From a virus: a stretch of DNA of 64,000 nt. Within the stretch, counting starts at the first letter, position 1, and every line of letters starts with the position of its first letter. A program made the position numbers and the translations under genes. The notes under the pieces were generated by a model that was not told the DNA's origin, searched no databases, and worked only from the letters and a program-made list of their open reading frames with translations. The DNA is taken from the IMG/VR virus record IMGVR_UViG_3300046319_000183. One strand, 5' to 3'. Positions 26,372 to 36,804 of the stretch are shown here, in pieces.

Positions 26372-26781
26372 CAGAAGAAGTTCAAAACCAACAAAATGAC
26401 AATGACAAAGTATCAAAACAGTTTGATGCTAACTTTTCAAAACTAGTAGCCCTTTTAGGAGGACAGTCTATTTTTAAAAAACCTAAAGTCTCTAATTCAG
26501 AAGTTGCATCTCTAGTAGATGAACTTGTAGCTGAACAAAAAGAAGCTGTAATCGTACAGTTTAAAGAAAAAGCAAGAGCAATCTTAAAGAAGAAAACAGA
26601 ATTTGATAAAGAAATCAAAATTGCTGAAGAAAACTTGAAGAAACTTGTTGTACAAAAGAAAAAAGAATTTTCTGAAGAAATGAAAGGTCTTTTTGGAATT
26701 GTAGAAAATATTCAAGAAATTGAAAATCAATACAATGCTTCAATCACAGAAGCTCTAAAAAATGACCCAGAAACTCTTTAA
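26368..26781 (+). CDS. hypothetical acidic coiled-coil protein
   Basis: ATGA overlap. Confidence 0.4.
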   Translation: MTEEVQNQQNDNDKVSKQFDANFSKLVALLGGQSIFKKPKVSNSEVASLVDELVAEQKEAVIVQFKEKARAILKKKTEFDKEIKIAEENLKKLVVQKKKEFSEEMKGLFGIVENIQEIENQYNASITEALKNDPETL

Positions 26782-27832
26782 GAAAGATTCGTCAGGAAAA
26801 ATCAGGTATCTCCTATTCTCTGTAGTAGGAGATACCATTTTACAATCCTCAGGAGTACTAGGTACTCCCAACGAAGTCACACATCAAAAAAGAGCTACTC
26901 CTAAAAATGTAGGAAAAGCAAATGAAACTACAGGAGCTGAGCAAGCTTTAAATGAAGTACAATCTTCAATAAAGGAAAAACTAACAGAAGGTTATTTCTT
27001 AACTCAAGAAGAAGCAGAAACTACAGAAGTAATTCTACCAATGCTTGCTAAAGATTTTCACAAAGAATCTAAAAAAATTGATTGGAATAACTGTTATGCT
27101 CAACCTAAACTAGATGGGATGCGTTGTCTAGCTTTTATTAACAATGGTGAAGTTAGACTTATGTCTAGAGATGGTAAGGAAATTCACAACATGGACCACA
27201 TTAAAGAACTTTTCAAAAACTTAACAGGTGTTTTTATTCTTGATGGAGAGCTTTATAATAAAGATTTAGGTGGATTCCAATCTCAAATGAAAGCTATCAA
27301 AAAATATTCAGCTAAATCAGAGCAAATAAATTACAATGTCTACGATATGATTCTCCCAAAAGAGTTTAGAGTAAGATGGTTTCATCTAAGAGATGTTGTA
27401 GCTAAGGTTAATCATCCTAATTTAAAGTTAGTTGATACTTATACTTTACACTCAGAAAAACAACTAAAAGAACTTCATTCATCTAATATTACTGAAGGAT
27501 ATGAGGGTTCAATTGTTAGGTGGGGAGATGAACCCTACAAAGTTAATGGTAGAAGTTCTAACCTGCTTAAATACAAAGATTTTCAAGACATCGCTTTGCC
27601 TATAATTGACATAGTACCAGCAGACCAAAGACCAGAATGGGGTAAACCTATCTTTGAGCTTAATGGAAAACAGTTTTCAGCTGGAATGAAATATTCCCAT
27701 GAAGATAGAATTGATTTTTTAAAAAACAGAAAGGATTATATTGGAAAAACTGCTGAAGTTAGATTTTTCGAGTACACAGATGGAGGATTGCCTCGCTTCC
27801 CTATTATGTGGGGTATTAGGTTAGATAAGTAA
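26762..27832 (+). CDS. ATP-dependent DNA ligase
   Basis: Motif I KLDGMR. Motif III ILDGELY. Motif IV EGSIVRW. Motif V LLKYKDF. Confidence 0.75.
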   Translation: MTQKLFKKDSSGKIRYLLFSVVGDTILQSSGVLGTPNEVTHQKRATPKNVGKANETTGAEQALNEVQSSIKEKLTEGYFLTQEEAETTEVILPMLAKDFHKESKKIDWNNCYAQPKLDGMRCLAFINNGEVRLMSRDGKEIHNMDHIKELFKNLTGVFILDGELYNKDLGGFQSQMKAIKKYSAKSEQINYNVYDMILPKEFRVRWFHLRDVVAKVNHPNLKLVDTYTLHSEKQLKELHSSNITEGYEGSIVRWGDEPYKVNGRSSNLLKYKDFQDIALPIIDIVPADQRPEWGKPIFELNGKQFSAGMKYSHEDRIDFLKNRKDYIGKTAEVRFFEYTDGGLPRFPIMWGIRLDK

Positions 27833-27868
27833 AATAATTACTGGAAAACTCATTTTTTTCTATTATCT

Positions 27869-28468
27869 TTGCCAGTAATAAAATATCTAATTATTATGAA
27901 GCGAATTGAAATGGAAGGGAAAATTTTCCCACAGGGAACTAAAGTTTTATCTTTTCTTTATTGTAAAAATGACCAATCTTACTATATGTGTGAATGTAGT
28001 ACATGTGGACATAAATTTAGGCAGGATGGTTACTCTACTAGATTAGGTAGGCAAGGTTGTAAGTATTGTAGAACTAAGGCTATTTGGAACCCTTTAGTAG
28101 CTAAAGAACCTTATGAGGTAGGAAAATTAACTAGACTTTGGTGGGCAAAAAGAGTAATTGCAGTAGTATATAAAAGAAGAAAAAAGAATCCTAAATTTGA
28201 AATGGAGATTGATATGCATTACGCTTGGCAAAAATTTTTAGAACAAAATGGAAAGTGTAATTATACTGGATTAAAGTTACAATTCCCTGATACAGGTTCT
28301 TTAGGAGGTACTGCATCACTAGATAGAATAGACAGCAGTAAAGGATATATCAAAGATAATATCCAATGGGTACATGCTGTTGTAAATAACATGAAAAGTG
28401 ATTTAGATTCAAAAGATTTTAAAAACTATTGTAAATTAGTTACAAAACATACAAAATTAAATAAATGA
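27869..28468 (+). CDS. HNH homing endonuclease (AP2/HNH_3-like)
   Basis: NYTGLKLQF...SLDRIDSSKGYIKDNIQWVHAVVNNMK. Confidence 0.6.
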   Translation: MPVIKYLIIMKRIEMEGKIFPQGTKVLSFLYCKNDQSYYMCECSTCGHKFRQDGYSTRLGRQGCKYCRTKAIWNPLVAKEPYEVGKLTRLWWAKRVIAVVYKRRKKNPKFEMEIDMHYAWQKFLEQNGKCNYTGLKLQFPDTGSLGGTASLDRIDSSKGYIKDNIQWVHAVVNNMKSDLDSKDFKNYCKLVTKHTKLNK

Positions 28469-28755
28469 AAACACAAACAATAGTAGATTTTAGTGAAATA
28501 TTTCATTTTGCTGAAAAAGCACCTTTTAATGTTTCTTGGAATCAGTGCAATGACATATTCTTCAGAGAAGAATTCTTGACATATAAAGGTAGTGATGAAA
28601 TAAATAAAAAGGAACTTGTTGAAGAATTAAAATATGATAAAACTGATACTGAAAGTAGATACCTTCCTTCAGAAAAATATATTTTAGCTATAAAAGTTTT
28701 AATTGCTTTTATGGAAGCTCATAAATTAGAAGAAATGTTAGTATTAAACGACTAA
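28465..28755 (+). CDS. hypothetical protein
   Basis: ATGA overlap. Confidence 0.4.
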   Translation: MKTQTIVDFSEIFHFAEKAPFNVSWNQCNDIFFREEFLTYKGSDEINKKELVEELKYDKTDTESRYLPSEKYILAIKVLIAFMEAHKLEEMLVLND

Positions 28756-28756
28756 A

Positions 28757-29005
28757 ATGAAAAAATTATTAGTATTATGCTTGTTTCTCACAGGATGTGT
28801 AGAAAAAGCTCAAGAATCAGTACAGAATGGAAATTTTCAAGTAGATTTCCTTTTTGAGCAGAATGGTTGTAAAATGTATAGATTCATGGATGGTTCTAGA
28901 TATATCTATTGGTCTGATTGTGCGGGTAAAATTCAATCTGATTACACTACAAGGTCTGGTAAACATTCTACTACTCACTACGAAGAAACTATTACTACAC
29001 CATGA
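28757..29005 (+). CDS. putative lipoprotein
   Basis: Signal peptide plus lipobox LTGC. Confidence 0.4.
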   Translation: MKKLLVLCLFLTGCVEKAQESVQNGNFQVDFLFEQNGCKMYRFMDGSRYIYWSDCAGKIQSDYTTRSGKHSTTHYEETITTP

Positions 29006-29241
29006 CAGCTAGAGAGTATATAAAGAAATACCTCTATGTAACAAAGGATGGTGTAGAAGATGTGCATGATTCATTAGGAGCTGTAGAAAATGTTTTAATT
29101 GAGTTTGCTAAAATGCATGTCAAAAAAGCTTTAGAAGCAGCTTTAGAAGATTCTCCTCATGGTTCATCTACAGATATACCTACATATGAAGATATGAAGT
29201 TTGCCATTCTAGGAGCTTACCCAGATTCATTAATCAAATAA
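29002..29241 (+). CDS. hypothetical protein
   Basis: ATGA overlap. Confidence 0.35.
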   Translation: MTAREYIKKYLYVTKDGVEDVHDSLGAVENVLIEFAKMHVKKALEAALEDSPHGSSTDIPTYEDMKFAILGAYPDSLIK

Positions 29242-29243
29242 GT

Positions 29244-29444
29244 ATGAAGTATTTTGTTTGTTGGAGGACTTGGAATAGAGATTTACCACAATGGAGACCT
29301 ATTCTTAAATTTCAAAGATGTAAAACTTTAGAGAAAGCTGAAAGAATGAAAAAAAATCTTGAAATCATAGAAAGATTAGGATTTGACCCAATTTTGTCTT
29401 TTAGAGGACATCAAAGAAAAATAAAAACAAAAAATTATGAGTAA
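29244..29444 (+). CDS. hypothetical protein
   Basis: ORF track. Confidence 0.35.
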   Translation: MKYFVCWRTWNRDLPQWRPILKFQRCKTLEKAERMKKNLEIIERLGFDPILSFRGHQRKIKTKNYE

Positions 29445-29709
29445 AACTCAAATAGTTTATATTCCAGATCCAACAGAAATTGAAGAAATTGACAAATGGT
29501 GTCAATTTGATTTGACAAAAAAAGAACTTATTGTGTTTACTCCTGAAGAATTTGAGGACTTTAAACATAGAGTTGCAGATAAAGCAAGAGCTATTTTAGA
29601 GTATGATTATAATTATTGTGGAAATACAGGAAGTGAATATCCTGGAGACGCAGTTGCAAAAGTTGATAAAGCATCAATTTATAATACATTTTACGAATTA
29701 GAACTATGA
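29437..29709 (+). CDS. hypothetical protein
   Basis: ORF track. Confidence 0.35.
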   Translation: MSKTQIVYIPDPTEIEEIDKWCQFDLTKKELIVFTPEEFEDFKHRVADKARAILEYDYNYCGNTGSEYPGDAVAKVDKASIYNTFYELEL

Positions 29710-29933
29710 ACTCAGTAACTTATAAATATAATATAGGAGAATCCGTTTGGGGTATAGATAAAAATAAAATTTTCTGTGCAGTAGTAGGAGATGTAAATAT
29801 ACATGTTTCAAAAGCTGGATTTAAAGTTAATTATGGTTTACTCCTTGGAGAAGACTCTTTTTCTTATGCAACTATATTTAAACAAGAAGGAGATTTATTT
29901 TTAACAAAACAAGACTTAATTAAAAATTTATAA
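29706..29933 (+). CDS. hypothetical protein
   Basis: ATGA overlap. Confidence 0.35.
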   Translation: MNSVTYKYNIGESVWGIDKNKIFCAVVGDVNIHVSKAGFKVNYGLLLGEDSFSYATIFKQEGDLFLTKQDLIKNL

Positions 29934-30244
29934 TGGAAGACGAAGATTTGCTAGTATTAGCAGCAAAAAACAATACTACAGAGTGGAACACTCTAAAATT
30001 TGCAGAAGAGCTTTTTGAATGTGGAGAAGCTGTAATAAAATATTCTACTAAAAAAGGTTCAAATAAACCTAGCTTAGAAAATATGGCTAAAGAATTTATA
30101 GATGTAATGTTAAGAGGAACTATGTTTTTTGCAAAAGAGTTTCCTGATGATGAAATAGATAAAATTCTAGAAACTTATCTTGAGAAAAAAGAACAAGGAA
30201 TTATAAATAGATTCCAAAGTAAACCAGGAGCTAAAGATGCGTAA
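29933..30244 (+). CDS. hypothetical protein
   Basis: ORF track. Confidence 0.35.
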   Translation: MEDEDLLVLAAKNNTTEWNTLKFAEELFECGEAVIKYSTKKGSNKPSLENMAKEFIDVMLRGTMFFAKEFPDDEIDKILETYLEKKEQGIINRFQSKPGAKDA

Positions 30245-31370
30245 GGTATTTCTAGTCTACGTAGATGCTTCTGATACAACTCAGAATAACAAATACTACA
30301 ATATGGAAGAATTGGGAGCCCAATTCAAAGTAGAGTATGGAAGAATTGGTTCTACTAAAACAGAATTATTTTATCCTATAAGCAAATGGAATTCTACTTA
30401 TTCCTCTAAAGTTAAAAAAGGCTACAAGGATATTTCTGACCTAAAAGAAGCAAAAACTGTTGTAAGTTCAGGAAGTGGAAACTCTGCTTTTGATGAATTT
30501 TATGACACTTTTCAAAAATATACAGGAGCTTCTGTTAGGCGTAATTACGTAATAGAAAGCTGTACTCCACAACAAATTTTACAAGCACAAACTTTATTAA
30601 ACCAAATTGTACCCCTTACAGATTTAGAACAGATTAACAAACTTTTATTGGAACTCTACAAAGTAATTCCAAGAAGAATGAGTAATGTAAGAGACTATCT
30701 TGTTACAGATACAGCTCAGATAAATCCAAGAGTTTCAACAGAGCAAAATGCTATTGACTCTATGGATAGTTCTAACATTACTCAAGTGTCTAATCCATTC
30801 TTAACTTTAGGTATAGAATTTGAAGAGATTAAAAACCACAAAGAAATTGAGAATTTCATATATTCTACTATGTCTGGTAAGAATTTGAAAATTCATAAAA
30901 TCTTTAGAATACTAAAACCCGAACTCAAGACACAACATGATGCTTGGGTAGAAAAACAAGAAGACAAAAAAATACAACTTTTAATTCATGGAACAAGGAA
31001 TCCTAACATCTTTAGTATTTTAAAATCTGGTTTATTAATTAGACCTACAAATGCTGCTGTAATTTCAGGTGCTGCATATGGAGAAGGTACTTACTTTTCT
31101 CATCATACTGCTAAGTCTTTGGGATATACAGGCTCAGACCAAGATAAAATCTTTATTCTACATGATGTTCATGTAGGAAAACAATATACCTACAAAGGCT
31201 GGTATAGAGAAGGTAAAGACATATCTAGGAGTGAGATGAATTATAGAGATTTAAAAAAGAGAGGGTGTGACTCTTTATATGTAGAAGCTGGTGATGGTCT
31301 TTTAAACTCAGAATACATAGTTTACAACACAGAACAATATTTTTACAACTATTTAATTTGGATGAAATGA
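30237..31370 (+). CDS. PARP-like ADP-ribosyltransferase: WGR domain plus H-Y-E catalytic domain
   Basis: WGR-like EYGRIGSTKTELFYP...KKGY. Catalytic LLIHGTRNPNIFSILKSGL (H-G-T), GEGTYFS (Tyr), NSEYIVYN (matches PARP1 NEYIVYD catalytic Glu). Confidence 0.7.
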   Translation: MRKVFLVYVDASDTTQNNKYYNMEELGAQFKVEYGRIGSTKTELFYPISKWNSTYSSKVKKGYKDISDLKEAKTVVSSGSGNSAFDEFYDTFQKYTGASVRRNYVIESCTPQQILQAQTLLNQIVPLTDLEQINKLLLELYKVIPRRMSNVRDYLVTDTAQINPRVSTEQNAIDSMDSSNITQVSNPFLTLGIEFEEIKNHKEIENFIYSTMSGKNLKIHKIFRILKPELKTQHDAWVEKQEDKKIQLLIHGTRNPNIFSILKSGLLIRPTNAAVISGAAYGEGTYFSHHTAKSLGYTGSDQDKIFILHDVHVGKQYTYKGWYREGKDISRSEMNYRDLKKRGCDSLYVEAGDGLLNSEYIVYNTEQYFYNYLIWMK

Positions 31371-31867
31371 ATCAACAAAAAATTCAAAAAGTACTCTCAA
31401 CAATAGGAGCTCTTTTAACCACTAGTGCAACTACTACAACTCTTGATGTGAAGAATGCATTAAGAAAATCTGATCCTAAAGATAAATGGTATCAAGATGA
31501 TATTCATGACATTATGGAAGACCTTGCAAAACAAGGACAACTTACTTACACAGACCAAGGTACTTATAGAATTTATTCAAAAGTTCCTGTGGCAACACCT
31601 ACAAACACACAAACGACTTCTTCTTTAAAAAAACTGTCAAGAACTCAAGTAGTTCAAGCTATTAGAGACTCTGGCTATAAATTTATAACTGTAACTTTTG
31701 TCAAAACAGACAATACTACAAGAGTTATGAACTGCCAAGTTTCTAAAAATGATTTTATGGACAACCTTGGTTACATTAAAGCTCATACAAAAGATGGTCT
31801 TAAAAGAGTGAATCCAAAAACTATCCAGACAGTTAAAATTAAAGGAGAGGTTTTACAAGTTAAATGA
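31358..31867 (+). CDS. hypothetical protein
   Basis: ORF track. Confidence 0.45.
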   Translation: MDEMNQQKIQKVLSTIGALLTTSATTTTLDVKNALRKSDPKDKWYQDDIHDIMEDLAKQGQLTYTDQGTYRIYSKVPVATPTNTQTTSSLKKLSRTQVVQAIRDSGYKFITVTFVKTDNTTRVMNCQVSKNDFMDNLGYIKAHTKDGLKRVNPKTIQTVKIKGEVLQVK

Positions 31868-32556
31868 TAAACTACAAACACATCTTACGTTTTCTAACAA
31901 AAGAAGGAGTAGGGATTTCCATTGAGGAATTCTTATTCCTTTTATGTGTTAGATTACATCATGAAGAACCTGCTGCAGACTGGCCAGAGGTTAGAACTTA
32001 TATTCATACCTACTATGCTCAGAATAAGCATTATGGTAAAGAGATTTTACCTCATGATTTAGCTTTAGCAACATCTTGGGGAAAAATGATAGATAAACTA
32101 GTCTTACAAGGTTATTTAGTAGACTATAGAAAAGACAAAAGTATTGTTTCTTTTACACAACTTGCTGTTACAGAAACTTTTACAGACAAAATTTGGACAA
32201 ATGATAAAGAAGCTGTTTGGAAAAGGCTTACAGAATTTGTCTTTGAAAATTGTGGTACTGCTATGATGCTTCCTACAGGAAAACAATTAGGTTATTTCTT
32301 TGTAAATCAAGGAGATCCTATTATAAATAATCCTGAGAAACTTAAAGATTACTTTTGGTGTAACATTTGTAATTATGGAACAAAGTTTGAGATAGAACAA
32401 TTCTTTCATGATTTTGAAATATATTTACAACAAAATAAACTACAAATGAAAATCTCTAATTTTTTAATTAATTATCATGCTGGCACACTGAAAAGTGAAA
32501 TTCACATGATAAAAAACAAGGCTGATGAAGTAGGTTCAATATTTAAAAGAAGATAA
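31864..32556 (+). CDS. hypothetical protein
   Basis: ATGA overlap. Confidence 0.45.
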   Translation: MINYKHILRFLTKEGVGISIEEFLFLLCVRLHHEEPAADWPEVRTYIHTYYAQNKHYGKEILPHDLALATSWGKMIDKLVLQGYLVDYRKDKSIVSFTQLAVTETFTDKIWTNDKEAVWKRLTEFVFENCGTAMMLPTGKQLGYFFVNQGDPIINNPEKLKDYFWCNICNYGTKFEIEQFFHDFEIYLQQNKLQMKISNFLINYHAGTLKSEIHMIKNKADEVGSIFKRR

Positions 32557-33596
32557 TGAGTTTCAAAAATTCCCTAAAATTTATAAAACAAAGACAAGCA
32601 AACGAGATTAATGGTATTCCTACCAAGTTTGAGACTTTAAAAAGAGTCTTACCTGCTTGGGATATAAATACTACTACTATTCTTGCAGCTGCAACTGGAG
32701 CTGGAAAGACTTCTTGGGCTTGGAGACATGCTGTTCTAGATGTACTTGACTTTGTAAAAGAACATCCAGAGATAGAAGTAGAGATTTATTATTTTTCTTT
32801 GGAACTTGTAAGATTAGAATTAGACATCAAAGTCTTTTCTTCTCTGTTGTATGAGAAATTCCACAAAACCTACAACAAAACTATCTTTACAGGGCTCACC
32901 GATGAGCGATTGACTAAAGAAGAGTTGGACTATCTGAATAATGAATGTAGAGAATACTTGGAATTTCTTGAATCTAAAGTTCATATAATTGATTCTGCAA
33001 ACACACCTAATTCAGCTTTTGCATATCTAGTAGAAAAAGTAGCAAAGAAAGCAGGTTACAAATTCATTATTATAGATACAGTTAATGCATTTTCTGCTGA
33101 TGCTGGAGAGAATAAAATGGATTCTATTAAAAAGTGGAATCAAGATTATGCTTTGAAAGTATTTAGGAATCAATTTGATTGTACATTGGTGCAAGTCTCA
33201 CAAATCGATAAATCTTCGACAACTAGACAATTTTCTTCTAAAGGAGAATCAGTATATGAAAAGTATATTCCTACTCTTGAGGGATTGGGTAATGATAAAG
33301 AAGCTTCAAACTCAGCTAGTCTTGTTTTGGGTTTACTAAATCCCTTGACATATCATATTCCAGAAGTAGATGGTTATCATCCTGCCAAATTTGAAGGAGG
33401 TTTTAGAATGCTCTATGTTTTAAAAAATAACTTTGGAGATTCTAACTTAGCAATACCTTATTACTTTGAAGGAGTAACAAATACTTGGACTGAAATTCAA
33501 GAAGACCCAGTAGAATTTAAAGACCCTAAATTGTACGAAAAGTATGTTAAAAAAGATTTAATTTTACCTAAAATTATTAGTAATTTTATTAGGTAA
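32556..33596 (+). CDS. RecA-fold ATPase, DnaB-like helicase C-terminal domain type
   Basis: Walker A AATGAGKTS. Walker B FIIIDTVNAF. Confidence 0.5.
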   Translation: MSFKNSLKFIKQRQANEINGIPTKFETLKRVLPAWDINTTTILAAATGAGKTSWAWRHAVLDVLDFVKEHPEIEVEIYYFSLELVRLELDIKVFSSLLYEKFHKTYNKTIFTGLTDERLTKEELDYLNNECREYLEFLESKVHIIDSANTPNSAFAYLVEKVAKKAGYKFIIIDTVNAFSADAGENKMDSIKKWNQDYALKVFRNQFDCTLVQVSQIDKSSTTRQFSSKGESVYEKYIPTLEGLGNDKEASNSASLVLGLLNPLTYHIPEVDGYHPAKFEGGFRMLYVLKNNFGDSNLAIPYYFEGVTNTWTEIQEDPVEFKDPKLYEKYVKKDLILPKIISNFIR

Positions 33597-33649
33597 AAAG
33601 CTTATAATTAGCTATCTTTGTATTATAATAATAACAAAAACAAAAACAC

Positions 33650-34486
33650 ATGAAGTTAGAATTAGCCTCGAAAAAACAGGTAAAACTAAAGCTCCAAGTA
33701 GGTGGAGCATCAGGTAGTGGAAAGACTACAGCTGCCCTACTTATAGCCTATGGCTTAGTAGGAGATTGGTCTAAAATTGCAGTAGTAGATTCTGAAAATG
33801 GTTCAGCATCTTTATATGCAAACAACGAAGAATTAGGAATTGGACAGTTTTATATCATACCAATGGTAGAAGCTTCTCCAGAAAATCAAATCAAAGCTAT
33901 GGATATATGTGCAGCAGCAGGTATTGAAGCAGTTATCATTGATTCTGGTACACACACTTGGGAATGGTGTTTAGATTACAACTCTAAACTAGCAGGAAAT
34001 AGCTATACAAACTGGGCTATTACTGGAAAAAAATACGATGCTTTCAAAAAGAAAATGCTTCAAACTCCAATGCATGTTATCATGACTGTAAGAAAGAAAG
34101 AAGATTATTCTATGGAGCAAGACGACAAAGGTAAAACTAAGATAGTAAAACAAGGATTGAAAGAAATTTCAAGAGAAGGTATGTCTTATGAATTTACTAC
34201 AGTCTTTGATGTAGATGCTACACACTTAACAACAGCTTCTAAAGACAGAACAAATATATTTGTAGACTTATCTCCTTTCAAGATAACAGCAGATACAGGG
34301 AAAAAAATTCTAGAATGGTGTAATTCAGGAACTGCACAAGAAACAGAAGATATTTCTGTAGCAATAGCAGAAGTTCTTGAAACAGACTCACTAGAAAAAT
34401 TAACAGAGGTTTATAAAAAATATATACACCTTGCAAAACAACCAGATTTTATTACAGCACTTAAAACTAAAAAAGAACAGTTCTAA
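33650..34486 (+). CDS. AAA_24/Sak4-like recombination ATPase
   Basis: Walker A GGASGSGKTT. IAVVDSENG. AVIIDSGTHTWEW. Confidence 0.5.
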   Translation: MKLELASKKQVKLKLQVGGASGSGKTTAALLIAYGLVGDWSKIAVVDSENGSASLYANNEELGIGQFYIIPMVEASPENQIKAMDICAAAGIEAVIIDSGTHTWEWCLDYNSKLAGNSYTNWAITGKKYDAFKKKMLQTPMHVIMTVRKKEDYSMEQDDKGKTKIVKQGLKEISREGMSYEFTTVFDVDATHLTTASKDRTNIFVDLSPFKITADTGKKILEWCNSGTAQETEDISVAIAEVLETDSLEKLTEVYKKYIHLAKQPDFITALKTKKEQF

Positions 34487-35094
34487 TGGATTTATCAAAT
34501 TTCAAATTTTTACCACAAAAAAACAGACAAAAAGGAGCTATCACAATTGAAGACTTCTTACAAGCAAAAGTAGAACCAGTTATTAATTGGTCTATTAAAA
34601 GAGACATTGCTAAAACTACAATTTTCTTTAAGAAAGCTAATTTCTTATTTCAAGATGATTGGGGTTATACAGCAGCTATTGATACAAACAATGATTTATT
34701 CTTGTTTAGAACCAAAGTAGAGAATGAAAACCCTTTACTAGAGCCAAAATTCTTAATTGGTGCTGATGCTACTCCTTTTACAAAATCTAATTATTTGGAT
34801 TTTATGTTTGAACTTGCATTTCCAGGAGAAACTTTGTTTCAAACTGAAATAGTTTCAGACAATCAATGGAAAATTGTAAAAGCAAAAGTAGAAACTCCTG
34901 CAATAGAAGAAAGAAAAGCCGATGCTTTTGCTATACTACCTGTTGCTGATATTGTAGATTACAAACCTACATTAACAGAAGTGATTCCAGCTTTTGTAAC
35001 AAAGACAGGTACTAGTGAAATAGACCTTTCAAATATCGACCTAAACGCTTCAAAAATATTTTCAGAACCTCAATCAATTTCTCAATTTCTTTAA
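34486..35094 (+). CDS. hypothetical protein
   Basis: ORF track. Confidence 0.45.
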   Translation: MDLSNFKFLPQKNRQKGAITIEDFLQAKVEPVINWSIKRDIAKTTIFFKKANFLFQDDWGYTAAIDTNNDLFLFRTKVENENPLLEPKFLIGADATPFTKSNYLDFMFELAFPGETLFQTEIVSDNQWKIVKAKVETPAIEERKADAFAILPVADIVDYKPTLTEVIPAFVTKTGTSEIDLSNIDLNASKIFSEPQSISQFL

Positions 35095-35103
35095 TAACAA
35101 TAT

Positions 35104-35781
35104 ATGCAAATTTCAGATTATTTCGAAAACACAAACCAGAATTCTTCAGACAAAACTGGTCTTTTAAAAAGCATTTTACCTTTTGCTTTTGAGTACAACA
35201 AAGATACTCAAGAGATTGAAATCAAAGGTGTAGCTGTCAACATAGCTTTAGACTCATTTGTAGTGAATGAAAAAGGAGCTTTAGTTGTAACTTTTGGGTT
35301 TCAATCTCCTACCAATGCTGAGAAGAGGTACACATTCCCTTATTACATTAATGACTGTTTTGCTCCAGGAGCTTCTGAGAAATCAGTATTCCCTACCATT
35401 TTGAACTTGTCAGCTATTGTAGAGACTTTCTTGGGTAGAAAATTACAGTTGACTGCTGGTGGTAAAGACGTATTTTCATTTAACTCTTTCCAAGAGTTGT
35501 ATATGGGATTCTTGTCAAAAATCACTGTACCAACAGAACCAATTGCCAATGTACTAGTTGAATTCTCTAAAGAGCTTAATGCTTATGCAAACTACAGAGT
35601 TTACAACAACAGATGTGCATGGATTTCTAGAAATGTAGATGATTTGTCTGTGGACAACATCGCACAAAAGAAAATGACTTTGTTAGTTCCAGATGCACCT
35701 GCTGCTGATGCTCCCTCTGAGGCAGCTCAAGAAGCTCCTACAGTAGTAGAAGATGTGGATTTGGATGCATTACTAGGTTAA
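35104..35781 (+). CDS. hypothetical protein with Ala/Asp/Glu-rich C-terminal tail (SSB-like position in the replication module)
   Basis: Ends ...EDVDLDALLG. Followed by a terminator. Function not established. Confidence 0.4.
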   Translation: MQISDYFENTNQNSSDKTGLLKSILPFAFEYNKDTQEIEIKGVAVNIALDSFVVNEKGALVVTFGFQSPTNAEKRYTFPYYINDCFAPGASEKSVFPTILNLSAIVETFLGRKLQLTAGGKDVFSFNSFQELYMGFLSKITVPTEPIANVLVEFSKELNAYANYRVYNNRCAWISRNVDDLSVDNIAQKKMTLLVPDAPAADAPSEAAQEAPTVVEDVDLDALLG

Positions 35782-35786
35782 TAACA

Positions 35787-35812
35787 GGAGGGGAAACCCT
35801 CCTTTTTTCTTT
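35787..35812 (+). terminator. rho-independent terminator (AGGAGGG-gaaa-CCCTCCT plus TTTTTT)
   Basis: Perfect 7-bp stem plus a T-run. Confidence 0.65.
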
Positions 35813-35814
35813 TT

Positions 35815-36804
35815 ATGGAAACTTCAGAATTTTTATTTCTTACTAAAGATTACATACTAAAACACAAGGACGAAGAGGATTTATTTTCTTATTATTTTGA
35901 TGAAAAAATAAGCCTTTCAAGAAAATTTAAAAATCCTTTAAGAAGTGATACAAGAGCTGATTGTACTTTCCATTATGGCACTGATGAGTTAATTTTTAGA
36001 GACTTTGCTAAAGGTAAAGTTTATAATGTTTTTCAATTTGTTGAAGAAAAATATGGATTAACATACAGAGATGCATTAAAGAAAATAGCAATAGATTTTA
36101 ATATACAAGCTCCAGAAACCTCTGCTGACTTTTATCTAAATTCCATACAAAAAAAAGAGGTTGCTAAAAACAAACTCAAAAAAACTAATAAACTTTTAGA
36201 TATAATTGTTTATCCAGTACAATATACTAAAACACATTTAGATTATTTCAGTACTAATGATTATCAGATGACTACTGAAGTTCTAAAGCGTTTTAGAACA
36301 GTAGGAATTAGAGGTTATTCATTAGTATTTGAAAACTATCAAAAAGATGTAAATGCTAACTTAGGATTTGCTTATTTTTTTGATAAGGAGCTAAAATATA
36401 AGCAAGTATATATTCCTTATGCAGAGCAAAAAGATAAGTTTAGACAACTTATTAGTTCTCCTATAGTAGGAATAGAATACCTACGCAAAGATGAGCCTGT
36501 TCTCATTACTAAATCATATAAAGATTTTCAGATTTTACAATTAGCAGGATTTAATGCCTGTTGTATTCTGTCTGAAAACTATAAACTTACACCACAAGAC
36601 TTAATGTTGCTTATGAGTTTTGGTAAGCTTTACACCTTGTTTGACAATGATTCAACAGGTTTGCAAGCTTCAGAACTATGGCATAAAACCTACTTTACAA
36701 ATCCTTTGTTACTTTCAGTAGAAATGAAAGATGCATACAAGCATTATAAAACATTTGGATTAGAAGATTTAAAAAACACTTTAATAAAACAAATGTGCAG
36801 TTAG
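35815..36804 (+). CDS. DNA primase-like protein with TOPRIM domain
   Basis: C-terminal ...LFDNDSTGLQAS, a TOPRIM DxD motif. N-terminal region of T7/T4 primase type. Confidence 0.45.
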   Translation: METSEFLFLTKDYILKHKDEEDLFSYYFDEKISLSRKFKNPLRSDTRADCTFHYGTDELIFRDFAKGKVYNVFQFVEEKYGLTYRDALKKIAIDFNIQAPETSADFYLNSIQKKEVAKNKLKKTNKLLDIIVYPVQYTKTHLDYFSTNDYQMTTEVLKRFRTVGIRGYSLVFENYQKDVNANLGFAYFFDKELKYKQVYIPYAEQKDKFRQLISSPIVGIEYLRKDEPVLITKSYKDFQILQLAGFNACCILSENYKLTPQDLMLLMSFGKLYTLFDNDSTGLQASELWHKTYFTNPLLLSVEMKDAYKHYKTFGLEDLKNTLIKQMCS

